A stretch of DNA of 64,000 nucleotides. Source: Entomortierella parvispora E1425 (taxonomy: Eukaryota > Fungi > Mortierellomycota). How positions within the stretch are numbered: the stretch's first letter is position 1; each line of letters begins with the position of its first letter. The translations under genes and the position numbers were made by a program. Positions 37,927 through 50,413 of the stretch are shown here, one piece after another. The stretch spans positions 124,001 to 188,000 of the forward strand of contig BQFW01000006.1 in NCBI GenBank assembly GCA_020891255.1, in the 5' to 3' direction. Under the pieces are notes generated by a model, which was not told the origin of the DNA, ran no database searches, and saw only the letters and a program-made list of their open reading frames with translations.

Positions 37927-39058
37927 ATGTCGGCTGATCTTACCTGGTAGGGAACCGCAACTGTTGCTTGACTCTGGGAACACCCTTTTGCGCGTCATGG
38001 TATAGGCAACAGTGGAAACTCATCATTGCATGGATCTTTTTTTTATCTCCTGGATATGTCACCACTATAGGCTCCTTATCAAGAACAACAACTCGTTCCT
38101 TGTCAAGCGCTCCGGCGTCCAGTTCTCTCGCGAGGCTGGCAACTTGTTGAACAAGAACTCGTTCAAGTTCTCCGGCATTGCCAACAAGAAGGTACATGAC
38201 TCGGATATTCTGTCAAGCTTCGCCATTAGGATCATTTGGGGACACTATGGAAACCATGAGCATACCTATGATACTTGCAGGATGTTGCCTCAACTCAAAC
38301 AACTGGATTTTGGCTATGCAGAAAACAGCAGTACGCATTTGATCAAGGACAGTAGTTCTCACGATTCCATGGATTTTCTTTTTTTACTTTTGCGAGAATA
38401 GACCATTGATATCCAGGCTGCCGAGCGTGGTGTTGCTGTCTCCACCAAGAAGAACAACAAGGTTGTCCTCACCAAGGGTATCCGCAAGTCTGCCCGCTCC
38501 GTCGCTGGTCTCGCCCGCGCCGGTCACCGTGCCGATCTTCGCCAGGTAAGGCTCGATAGAAGGATGAAATTTGGACTTTATTATTTTTTTATGGTTCCTT
38601 CCTCCCTTCCTCCCTTCCCCTCCAAGATTGCTTTTCTTTTTGTAAAAGTGATCAGCAAAGTGCTAGAACCCAGCAGATTCAATTCAACATGAAAGCTGGG
38701 CGTACATTATTTGCAAGATTACACATTGCCCTGTCTCCAAAGAGAGACTCGGATGGCCATGGTTTCTGCACCTTTATCAAGCAATGAGTTTTCTTTATTC
38801 AAAGTCTTGCGACAGTTACTTGGGAACATACCCTTCCTCTATTTGCACCTTTCTTTTTCATTTCGTTCATTCTTTTCCGAATCGACTGTAAAGATACGAA
38901 AAAGATGCAACATTTTTTGCTGACTCGATATTTCCATTTCGTGACATGATTACGAATAGGCCGCTCTTGCCCGCGTCTCTGCCATCCTTGCCAGCCAGAA
39001 GCCCGTCAAGGCTGCCCCCAAGAAGGCTGCCAAGGGTGTCCGTGCCAACAAGAACTAA
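37927..39058 (+). CDS. RPL28: 60S ribosomal protein L28 (eL28), 4 exons
   Basis: MSADLTW|[35 protein letters not shown]...AALARVSAI, with strongly biased codons. Confidence 0.95.
38655..38830 (+). ncRNA. Candidate intronic box H/ACA snoRNA in RPL28 intron 3
   Basis: Stems GCAAAGTG/CAT(TA)TTTGC and CCCAGC/GCTGGG flank an internal loop. H box AGATTA lies at 38716, 15 nt after the pocket. The 3' hairpin and ACA box are ambiguous. Confidence 0.45.
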
Positions 39059-39275
39059 AGCATTGAGCTTTCCTTCAAATGAATAAAATACTGTCGATGT
39101 AAAAACAACGACTTTTGACATTCCTTTTCCAGTTGTCAGAGACTGAAGTAAAATTGTGTGGGCGATTCATTGAATGCGATTCTCAATCCAGTTCTCTGCC
39201 AATCCGAGAGCTATCTACTCGAGGCCACCACAAATCATTCATTTGGAGACATATAAACTGGAGTATTGCCCTAGA

Positions 39276-41296
39276 TCATCCTGACATGGGCATGACGACG
39301 CTTGCCTTGGCAACGCAAGCAAAGAACCGCCTGGACGTGGGCGTGATATTGGTTGGCTGCAGTCGAAACTCTTCCGGTAGCAGGTGATCAGGATCGCGTC
39401 GACGCGGTGAGTGAACAGGAGGGCCAACCTCTATAGCGTCTAGGAGAGCCTGCTGATACAACGAAATGAGACCGCAGTGTCAGTTCAGAAGACTCTCAGA
39501 CTGAAGTTGAATAGTTTGTAATAGACGTTTACTCTACCTTCAAGGTATTGAGGAGCTCCATGCAACGAATCAAGCAATGGGTGTCGTTCTTATCACGCGG
39601 AAGGTATCCAGTACCAATCTCTATCCACATGTATAGTCCTGCCTGGAAGCGAAGCTCGTAAACTTCAAGCTGATATCCTAAGTTACAAATGCAAAATGCA
39701 AGGCTCATGAATAATAGGCGTAGAAAGGGCGTGAACGTATGGTCCGAGATAGTTTCGAGGTTTCCAAATTACCAAACACCTGAAGGCAATAGATCGATGT
39801 GATGGAGCGCCGCTCACGCAAATGTAGATCTATCGTGTCTTTTGCCATCGACATCAACGACCATATATCTTCAATATATAGCCGTATTATGGAGCTGTCT
39901 TTTGGCGCCTTGACTTCCACGAATGCCACCTCCAGGTGACGTCTCGTAATGGTGCAATCGGGCTTGTGAGCCTCCCTCGAATCTCTTCTTTCTTTGGACC
40001 CTGCAGAGGGGCGATTAGCCCAACTGAGACAATTGTTCGAATCGGATGCTGGAAAGAAATGGGAGAGAAGAGAGTCCAGAGCCCCATGGCAATACGTGTC
40101 TTCATTTTCAATGAGGGATGGAAGCGCAAGAGGAGGAAGCTTTTTGGATCTGAAATACGAGGGGAAGGCGCGTTAATTATATTATTCATACGCAATGAAT
40201 CCAACGCAAAGTGAAAGTACTTACAAGTCCTGGAAAAGTTGTAGTAGGTCCTCTGCCTCATCGGAATCCAGAGTTCTGGATTTCACTCTTCCCGACGCGC
40301 AAAGCTCACTTGCAAGTTCAAGAAACAAATGAATCTGCTTGGTGGGCATTGACACCGTTGGTCGTAGTAGTGCTAGAACTTCCTGGTGGTTCTTCCTTGT
40401 TCTTGCAGTCTCCGGAAGGCAGAACCAACGTCAAAGTCGGCTAAAACGAGCCTGACGGGCCGGGTGGTTTCAAGAGCGAAATGGTGATGAGCAAGATCCT
40501 GATCTGTGCTAGAGCTGACATCAGCCTGTTGAGTGCACATCATTGAGAGTCTCTCCAATTAACCTCTTTGCTTGTTTTCTCCTCTGACTGGACGATATTG
40601 CTGCTGCTAAATTGGTACATGTAGTTGAAGCAAAGTTAGATCAGGTCATAAAAATGATAATACGAACATTGGAATGAAGACTCGATTGATAGAGTAGTCA
40701 ACAAACCTTGCTGATCTTTGCGTTTTGACCGAGATGCGTTCACCCTTTGATGCCCATCATTGTAATCTTTCAACAACGCTGTGACTTTCAATGTATCGGC
40801 AATGTCTCGGGCCAAATCGTTGTTCAAGTTGGTGGCCAAAAGTCTATTGTAGTTATTTACATTAGGCCTCATCTTTTCCTCATGGTCTTTCTATGGATCA
40901 ATCGGTAAGGGTAAGTCTCAAATGAGCATTTTGCGTACTCGTGCGTAATCCTATTTACTTACGTCTTCCTTGACCTTGTTAAACACAGCCAAGCGGTCTG
41001 CTCTGGACATCTTCGCCATCTGGAAAATGATCCGTTGATTGCGCTCCGTCGACCTCCTGCTTAACAATCTTACAGCTCCCTTTAGCTCCCTTTAGCCAAG
41101 CCTGTTCTATCTCTAGCGGATCCTTGATGTCGCCAAGCATGGCCCATGTTCTTAATGAGAACGCGCCATTTCTTGCCGTGTGAATATACTGGATCTGTGC
41201 CAAGTTCATGAGATTCCCAGCCGTGAGAGTTGTGGGTGATGCATCTCTCAGACTCGGTGAGAATTCTCTTGGGCTTGATGGGGCCTCTTCGCTCAT
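39276..41296 (-). pseudogene. PD-(D/E)xK restriction-endonuclease-fold protein gene, frameshifted
   Basis: Spliced exons give NEDTYCHGALDSLL, WANRPSAGSKERR, KPDCTITRRHLEVAFVEVK and GYQLEVYELRFQAGLYMWIEIG. A 10-bp duplication (41074-41093) shifts the frame, and more shifts occur at ~40.4-40.55 kb. Confidence 0.7.
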
Positions 41297-42050
41297 GTTA
41301 TTATCTGTGGTAACGACTGATTGGCAATGCTGCGGTCCAAGGCTTGATAAGGAAAAACTGCGCGTAACAGTAATGGGAATCCTGTTCAAACGATAAATAA
41401 CCGTGGCAATAGCAGTTGACAGTGTTGGAGCTGGCGAATTCAGTTCGAGCTGTGGGGATGCAATTGGAGCTGAGATGCAATTGGAGCTGAGTAGATGCAG
41501 CTCATGCTATGTGAATGCAGTTGGACTGGGAGAATGCAGCTGGGGTCATGTGGATGCGGTTGGCACTGTGCGGATGTACTTGAAGCTTTATGAATGGAGT
41601 TGGGTGATGGTGGCTGCAGCAGAAAAGAATCTCGACGCGGTCGACGCGCGTAACATGGTATTCATGCGACCCTGTTCGTGAAATAAGCCAAGCCACCTCA
41701 GTTCGAAGAAGTCTGACAGCGACACCCACAAGTTTAATATTCACATAGGTCCACGCCACACAAATGGGAGCTGCCCCCTTTGTTTTGAGAATGATGGATG
41801 AAGAGCATCTCTGCTTGCCAGAAAACAAGACTCTGAAGCCTGTGGATTATTGGTATACATTGACTGCAGTTCGCCTTTGCTTTGGTTTGATGTCGCGTCG
41901 TTTAATTATGTAAATGCACTTTTTTCTATTGCTACGATGCGACGATAGGGATGAAGAGAAAAGGATGGGAAAGTACAGAGAGGCCCGTTCTTGTTCGTGC
42001 TTCTCTCCACATCGTATGATTTGGATGATGGGAGGAGATGAGGGTTTGGC

Positions 42051-42236
42051 TTATTCGCACTGGCAGGCGCCGCCAGGGACCTTCCAGCAGCCATCTATGC
42101 AGCGATAAAGTTCGAATCCTGGCGACTGGACCTCGACATTCTCGATGCTCCCGACTTCGAGAGTGGGTGCAGCCTGAGAGAAGACCATAGCAGCAGAGAG
42201 GACCATGGCGGTGAAAAAAGTGGCGGAGAACTTCAT
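42051..42236 (-). CDS. 61-aa secreted precursor of a small 4-Cys peptide (CxxxC...CxC)
   Basis: Signal peptide MKFSATFFTAMVLSAAMVFSQA, acidic pro-region, and C-terminal RCIDGCWKVPGGACQCE. TATATAAAG lies ~110 nt upstream. Confidence 0.8.
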   Translation of the reverse strand: MKFSATFFTAMVLSAAMVFSQAAPTLEVGSIENVEVQSPGFELYRCIDGCWKVPGGACQCE

Positions 42237-43658
42237 TGTATAGGATGGGGTGGTCTTGAGGTGGTCTTGAGGGGGGCTTGGTTTTTTTTTGGTTGCTTGG
42301 GAGTTGAAGAGGATGAGGAACATTTCATGCTCCAGGCTCCCACGCTTTATATACCTGAAGGATAAGATGACAATGTTAGAGGCGTCGAAGAGAGCATGGG
42401 AAAAAGGAACGCGGTTCTGGACGTCAATTCAGAATGTCGACTTTCATCAGAAAACTACAAGGTTTAGCGACTTGCTTCCCAGGAGGACCTCCATAGCTCA
42501 ACACACATCTGCGTATGTTATGGACGGGCAAATTACCAAGATTTCAGAAATTAAAGGTCGACCAAACCAAAAGTGTGCCCGTGGGCGAGGGCGAAACATA
42601 CCCCAGAGGAGGGATATTCGAGAGACAGAAAAGATTCTTTGAGCAACATTGCGCGCGTCTCAATTGCGCCCTCTACATAGTCCGTACTCTAACCGCGATG
42701 GACAAACAAAGGCAATCATGAAAATAGTGGTCCCATGTTCCATGATCCCACACTTAAACGCGACCATTGCTAGAGCCCAAAGAAAAAAAAACTACAAGAG
42801 AATGTCGAGAAGCGATTTTTTTCTTGTCTCTCTCTTTGAGCAGGATGATCGGGGGAGTGTTTTTTTTCTTGAGAGGTGCGAATCACTGTGGGGATCCCTC
42901 CTACGTGCTTCCCTCTCTCTCACGGTCAAAGTTCAGAACATCGCCCTCGTACCTTGCGGCATAGAGCGCGCTGATAGCTGAATGTCAACTCTTTTTTCAG
43001 CCCCATCGGTGCCTTTTTGCCCTGTTTGACCTCTTTCACGTCGTTTCTAGATAGAGGGGGTGTAGACAATATGTGCCCCTCATTGATCTCAATATGATAT
43101 CCCAAAAACAAAGGCCACCCACTGCTCTAATATCATGCATGTCGCAATGGGTGGTGATAATGCAGTCAGCAGCTTTATTCCTTTTTGCACTATGAGCATG
43201 GCGATGCTCATAGTGCACGACCTTGGAGATGCAGCCTTGTTGACCAACTCTGTCATAATCTGTTCGTTTCAAGTGAGAAATTGAGATAAAAGGGAAGGGA
43301 GAGAACAAGGGTTCACTTCAAAGCGGTGAAAGCGCTGGCGGTTACATCAGAGCCCGGCATGCAAAGGCAGGCTGAGCTGAGGCAGGGAAGGTTCATAGGT
43401 CATTGGGCTCCAGCATAGTCAACGCGTCACTATCGCTGCTCTATAGTTCCTGTTTCTTCATTCATTCAGATCTCACTCCACATAACCACTCCCACCATAG
43501 CCATGGGTCTAGAGTAATACACTCTTCAACATATATCGTATATCACTCTAGGGGTATTGCTCCCTGCATGGCAGATATCGTCGACATACATCTTTGATTG
43601 AATCATCATCCCCGTTCTTACTCCATAGCTGACAGGGTTGATGTTTGTGGGAAAGTAG

Positions 43659-45249
43659 TTAGAGGTTTATTTTTTGAAAGCTGTTGAGTTTGCCATTGGG
43701 TGTTGAAACATTGGTAATGAGTGGACTATCGTTTCCTGCTGCAGAATTGAAGGTTGCGATCGAGTTTGGTTGAGCTGCAGTCGATCCTACTGCTGAACCC
43801 AAGCCATAGAGGTAGCCACTACAAGGCAGATGAGCAAAAAATTGAATAAAAACGAGTCAGTAATGCTATTCATCCTCCAACTGGTTGGCTGGCAGAGAGA
43901 GATGACTCGTCTCCTCCCTGAAAGGTCCACACTTACAGGTATTTTGCATCGTCGATCTTGTCCTCAAAAAACATTTGACGCATCTTGAAAAAGGTGGAGC
44001 AGGTCAGGAGACTATCACTTCCTGCTTGATGTTGCGCTCCAATTCTAGCAACCTGGGGGGTTTTTTTTCAAACAACAGCAGACATTAGTAACAGACAGAT
44101 CAGCCATGGAGACACGTTATACTAATATGTAGCAGCAACTCATGTTTACCTCGAGATCATTAGCCAGCTCCTGAAGACCGCCCTTCAGGTTTTTACAACT
44201 CTTCATCAGGTACTTGATATCGTATATGCATGGGAAGTAGGTTCTCAAAAGGTCGAAAAAGTCGCCTTCCTCTGCTGGCAAAGGACTGCACGTCAAGATC
44301 TTGAGCAAATATCCAAAATCGTATCCACTAGAGACGAGTAGGAGACCCAATTGCGAGGTAAAGTATTAGCACATGCGTATCGATACTGGACAATGTCAAT
44401 TGGTCACCAATGACTGACCTGTGGAAAGAAATCCATTTGACCTCATCCAAAAGTACAAATCCAGAGCTGATCAACAGCTCTCCAAAATGGTGAACGTCGA
44501 TTCCGTAATCCTCGTGCTTTTGAAAGTTGATGCCAGACTTTGTCAAGAGATCGATAGAGTCCTGAGCGTACATATCATCGCTAGAGACGTTTTGTTTTGG
44601 GTCAAAAATGGGGAAAGTCAGATACAGTTAGTTATCGACAGTATAGGTGCTCACTTGGTCCAGCTGACCACCGTGTTTCTCGGATGCAACACTTACGCAA
44701 GGTTGAACTTGAAGTTGAATTGCCAGGTGCAGGCACCCTTGGGTACGTTGCCATTCTCATCTGCAAAGGTCACGCCCAGTTGGATCATTTTGAGAAGATC
44801 CACATTGCATCGCAGAGTCTGGTAATGGTAGTCAGCGGAGGTGCGGAAGTTGCCTAGTAGAGTCAAGATGTCGGTCCTGTGGTTAGGCTACAACTGACAA
44901 ATGGTTGGTCCAGAGTGCATTCATTTCGCCATCGCCATTTCCTGTCTGAAGGGTATTTACCAATGGGACGCGCAACAACTCCAGGAAACTCCGTGTCCTG
45001 ATCAAATCAAGAAAGTCGGGGGGTTAATGAACCATTATGTGGTCAGTCAAACGAGTGCTGTGTTTGGCAGAAACAAGGCGACAATGTCGGTAGACTGCAA
45101 GCTAGAATAGAGAGCAGATGGGCTCAGGGTATCCTTACCATAGCCAGGTATGGGTACTGATCAACGAGATCCCGCAGGAGTGCCATCTCCTGGTCGAGGT
45201 TCTCGGCCCAGACTTCTCTGATGATGGCTCTTTCGTTTGGACTGGGCAT
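43659..45249 (-). CDS. CAF1: CCR4-NOT deadenylase Caf1/Pop2 (CNOT7)
   Basis: [11 protein letters not shown]|[36 protein letters not shown] and GGLQE. Confidence 0.96.
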
Positions 45250-45920
45250 TAGCTGTGTGATCTTGGCTAGGGCTGGATGAGAATGGGAGAGGAGAGTGGT
45301 TCAGCAGCAGTCTATGAAGGCGAGGCGAAGGCGACTTTGGTTGGTTGGTGTGATAGAGAGGTATCGTAGAAGGGGGGAGTAGGGGATCAAAGAAAGGAGA
45401 GAGAAAGGACAGAGTCATGCGGTCTGTGGGATGCAGTCAGAGCAAGAGATAATTACGGTGAGGAGAGAGTGGACAATGAACCGCGGATGTGGCCGTTGGT
45501 TGTAGCGACAGGGGAGGGTCTTTGCGTGGCTGGAGGGATGCAGGCGAAAGAAGGAGAGGCGAAGGTGCAAAGGGAGCAAAGCAATGCAGACAGGGGGAAG
45601 ACGACAAGGGGAGCAGAACAAAGAGACAGAGAGATGAGCATGCAGCCAGCAGGGGATCTGTTGGTTCGTTCGTTCGTTCGTTCGTTCTTGGAGGTAGTCA
45701 CGTGCTTCTTTCTTCCCCCTTTTCTTTTTGACTTTTTGACTCGTCCAAAGGGACTCCATCCTCTCCTGTCATTCACTTTTTTGTTCGCGCGACAACTGGA
45801 CCCAGGGATCAGGACACAAGGACTAGGACAGCAGCATCACCGTCGGCACTCTCTTTTCTTTTCTTCGACCTGGCTTCATCTCTTTCTGATCGACTGGAGC
45901 CACTGCCTACTACGTTCAAC

Positions 45921-47449
45921 ATGAGCATGAGCAAGAACAGCGAGCACTTGGTCGATGATCTCGTCGCCAAGCTGAAGCGTCGCCAACTGGTCGGATCCTC
46001 CGCCGTCGCGCAGGCTACCCTAAAGCTTCTGATAGTTGTCATTTCCAAAAACAACTGGACCACCTCCAAGCAGCTTTTGACCCTCGTCAAATCCGTCGGT
46101 CAGCGTCTCAACCTCGCCAACCCCACGGAGCTCGCGGTCGGCAACATTATTCGTCGCGTCCTCCACATCATTCGCGAGGAGTTCCGCGAGGCTGCTGGGC
46201 ATGTCGACTCTCCCAAAGATGGAAGTAGTCACCAAGGCGGTGGTCATCCCCACGAAGGCACCAATGGTCTCTCCGAGTTTGCTCCCCTCACCACGTCGTC
46301 GTCCATGTACAACCTTTTGGGCGAAACGGGATCGTCCTCGGATGATGATGTGCAATACCCAAGCAGCTTGAGGAGCAACATTATCCAAGAGATTCGAGAG
46401 GTCAAGGATGAACTCGAAAACATTTACGACAACATCAAGAACCAGGCTTCGCTTCATATCCATTCAAAGTGAGTCATACTTGATGCAACATGATCATGCC
46501 CTGCGGAATTTATATTTTTTTATTTATTTTTCGATTGCGCGCTATACAGCCCATGGACGCGTACTAACAAACTGTTGTCGCGTTTCTGCCTTTTTCCTAT
46601 TTGTTAGTGAGATCATCATGACCATTGGTCGATCCAAGACCGTGGAAGAGTTTTTAAAGATGGCTGCTATGAAGAGAAAGTTCCAGGTTCTTGTTGCCGA
46701 GAGTGCGCCTTCGTAAGTGAAGCTGTTCAAGGAACGTGAATCTTTTTAAAATGATGCGAAGGCTATCTGATCCTAAACATGTCCTACTCATTCATTAGGT
46801 ACTCTGGTCAAGAGATGGCAGTGGAGCTCTCTAAAGCCGGAATTGAAACGACAGTGATTCCAGACTCTGCAGTGTTTGCGGTCATGTCTCGCGTCAACAA
46901 GGTTATTCTTGGTACCCATGCAGGTAGAATCCGCGTCGTTACAACTTTTTTTTTTTTGCTAGCAACATGTCCCTTACTAACAAACGCCACCGTTATCAAA
47001 CTCGATAGTCCTAGCCAACGGAGGACTGGTCGCCATCTCAGGAACACACATGATGGCAGCTGCAGCAAAACATCACTCTATTCCCGTGGTGGTCTGCACA
47101 GGACTGTACAAGTTGTCTCCTTTATACCCCTATGACGAGGACAGCTTTAATGTCACGTTCAATCCAGACTCTGTTCTTGGCTTTGAGGAAGGCGACTTGA
47201 TTGAAAAGGTGACGGTAACCAACCCATACTACGACTATGTCTCGCCAGAACTCGTCAACCTCTTCCTCACAAACCAAGGTGGTCATCCCCCGTCATATCT
47301 TTACCGCCTCATGTAAGTTGTCTTTATCCATTCATTGTCACTAGTTCATACGCGAGGGATGAGATGCAGGTTTTCTAAATCCTTTTCTTTTTTTTTTCCA
47401 ACCTAGTGTGGAGAACTACGATCCTAACGATCGCACTTTTGATCTCTAA
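45921..47449 (+). CDS. GCD7: Translation initiation factor eIF2B beta subunit
   Basis: [41 protein letters not shown] and KLSPLYP. Confidence 0.93.
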
Positions 47450-47512
47450 ATGACCGTGTACTACAATAAAAAAAGTTCTCGCTCCTACTTTATTTACAGT
47501 CATTTTGTCATC

Positions 47513-48331
47513 TTACCACAGGGCGCGTCCAATGGTGACAGTGCTGATCGTAAGGGCTGCGATCTTGACTGCCTCCAGAGCAACGTAAAGAGTATGGATT
47601 CTTGCACTCTCCACAGGCCGCCCCTCAATCACCCGAGCGCTGCGTCCTCTCAGAGCTGGCAAAAGTGCAAAGCTTTCAAACACGTAGACGATCAGTCCTG
47701 GAGTGAATCTGAGCCATTGACGCCAGCCTAATTGTCTAAATCCAGAAAAGGGGGTGGTGGTGCCTGCTGTCGTCATTGAACTGCCTGGCACAAGTCCGCG
47801 CTGCACTAAAAGATACCATCCCAAAAGGTCGAATGCGGCCAACAACACCTCGACCTTGTTGAACGCAGAGAATACGTGTCGACCTACGTCCAGTTGACTC
47901 CTCTTGGCGGGTGTGGGTGCCAGGAACTTGACGGGTGCTTCCAAGAATGAGATGGCCTAGTAATATTTGTTCCACGGCGCGTCATGGTCGAGATAGAAAA
48001 AAAAGAGAAAATGGACTATTGTCAGAAAGAGGTGTCAAAGGAACCATTACGCGACATGAAGGACGGAATTCCTTGCTGCATGCGAACATGCGCCGGTTGA
48101 ACTGTGGAAGAGAAGGGTGCTCTGTTTTACCAAATTGGCGCCAAGCCAGCCGCATTGCAATGCGCCCATGGACAGGAGCAATCCACGACCACTCATGCGG
48201 TACCCAAAGGGACGCGCTGCTGTCGCCAGTCCGACAGCAGCGGCGGCAATGGCGCCCGTGGTCTTTGTAGAAAGCACAAACAGGGATGCCTGGGAGTGGT
48301 CGAGTCGTGAGTGAAGTGGTGTGTTCTTCAT
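47513..48331 (-). CDS. DUF4149-like membrane protein, 2 exons
   Basis: WLGANL|AISFLEAPVKFLAP...LDVGRHVFSAFNKVE signature. Confidence 0.7.
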
Positions 48332-50413
48332 GCTTGGGTATTCTGGGGAAATGGAGAGGATGGAATGTCGACGGGACCCAAAAAAGAGCGAAAGTGACAT
48401 TGATCCGATTCTTCCTTTTCCAGAGGGAAGATTGCAATTTCAGAGGGAGACAGCGCGCATATATTTTTTTTTGGAATTCATTTTTATTTAATTCTTTTCT
48501 TGGATCTGACTATCATCGTTCGCAAAGACTTACCTTTCTTGACGAGGTGAAGAACAATCCGTGCATTGGATCAAAGATGGAGCACTACTGAAGATCGAGA
48601 AAAGGAATTGGTTAGATGCCTACTCTCCTTCAGTTCCTTCATATTGTCATGATTTGCAAACAGAACCACCGAGTGCGTGGATGAAGGATATATGGATCAG
48701 GTTTAGAATAGTCACAACTTTAAAGATGGGGTCTCCATCGATTTCAGATTGTTGAGCTTGACATGCTTAAGTTCATCTTGTGTAAAGATATCCTCAAGGA
48801 CACTCGGATGGACTGGTGGGGATGCAATTGGAAGGGGAAAAAACCAAGAGTTCTTACCATTCATTGTCGGGTATAAGGCCAAGATAGAGACTGGAAGGAG
48901 CACTTGATAAGTCACAATCCATTGATCTGTTGAACAAATGATATGAATAACAGTTAGTTCAATGTTGCATTCAACTCGAATTTTTTTAAAGGAAAAAAGA
49001 GAGGATTGAGGTGTAATTTCAGAAGCATGACATATCGACATAATTAGAGTGATTGTACGATCACATTCCGACCGCCCGTCATGCGTTACAATCATTAAAA
49101 GAGAGTAGGGTAGTGTTGAAAAGGGGATCTTGAAGGTAGGAGTACATACATAGTATCAAAAGAGAAGGCAGGATCCCTTGCCAATTTCTCGAGACGAAAG
49201 AAAAGATCTAGTGACTGGACACAAAGCAAAAAAAATGTTAATACATTTGAATCTTTGTTATCGTGGACGGAAGCTGGGCGCGGATGGATGGAGGATGAGG
49301 AAGAAGGGAAGGGACTCAGACAAGGCTGAAACTGTATTTTATTCAACACAATGGTAATTCAGTGGTGACAATTGGTTATGGGTCGATCAAGTCATCTTTG
49401 TCGTTTCTTTTTTTCTCATTCCTTTGAAAGAACACACGAGGCGTGGGTGTAGGGTAAGCAAGAAAGTGCGAGTATTACCTTTTCATATTCATCCTCGAAC
49501 AAGAAGCAGGAGCAGAGGGAGATGAAGGGAAGGGAGGAGAGGGAATGGATGAAAAAGATGACAAGATTGGGAGTAAGCGCGTGCTTTTTATATGACAGGT
49601 CCTAGAAAGAAAAAAAAAAGAGCGGAAAAGTGCGTCCTAAACACAAGCCACAATATATCACGTGATTTAATCGATGGAGCGCTTTTTTGATCGCACGCGC
49701 TGCACGCGTCCATGTGGGTTGAGTGCACTTTGTTGTTTGTGGGTGGGTCCGTTTGGTTCAGTACTACCACTGTAGATGTTTATGCCGCCTGCTTGCTCGG
49801 CCATCTTCCCTCTGGTCAAGGACTGGAGACTGAAGGAAAGGATGGCAAGGAAAAGAAGGAGGGGAGGGGATAAAGAAGGAAGGGGAGAAGGAAAGAGAGA
49901 GAAACGAGACAGAGAGAGAGAGACACCCAGTCGGCGTTCGTTTCCTTCGTTTCGTTCGTTTTCGTTCTTTTCGTCCGTGTGTTTCCATCTGCGTTGGTTG
50001 ACTGCATGGCCCTTTTGTTCTTCTTGTCTTTCTTTTCTTTTCTCGTCATCATCTTCTTCTCCTCTCTGCACGCCCATCCTCTTTTCTTTTCCCTTTCCTC
50101 TCCTTCTCTCTTTCTCTCTTCGCTTGTTCGCTTCGTCGCTTCGTCGCTCCCTGCTCTTCCTTCCGCGCCTCGCTCATCTTTTCCGCAAACACAGCCCCGA
50201 CACCCTGTGCTCTCTTTCCCGCCTCTCTCCTTCGCTCTCCTCCCTCGCTCTTTCTTCCAGTGCTCTTTGACCAGAAGAACAGACCCAGACAACCGCACCT
50301 CACAAGGAAACAACAAACCCCTGCCATTCCATCTCGACAGTTGGGCGGGCAGATTCACTCTTCATCCTTCCATATTTTGAAACAGACCCACATACACAAA
50401 CAGCAACCACCCC

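Noticed and set aside
38191-38401. snR30/U17-like motifs (ATATTC, AAACCAT) in RPL28 intron 2
   Set aside because: m1 is imperfect, there is no ACA at the expected spacing, and the ApT-rich context explains the match.
41440-41570. Degenerate GATGCAATTGGAGCTG-type short repeats upstream of the nuclease pseudogene
   Set aside because: Only two good copies; the rest are too degenerate to interpret.
48560-49350. Possible small gene on the - strand
   Set aside because: Splice-like signals exist, but I could not build a consistent open model or recognise homology.
49600-50400. Long Arg/Glu/Lys- or Ser/Leu/Phe-rich ORFs here and at 10.7-11.7, 16.1-16.6 and 18.4-19.0 kb
   Set aside because: They are translations of CT/GA-rich promoter and UTR tracts or simple repeats.
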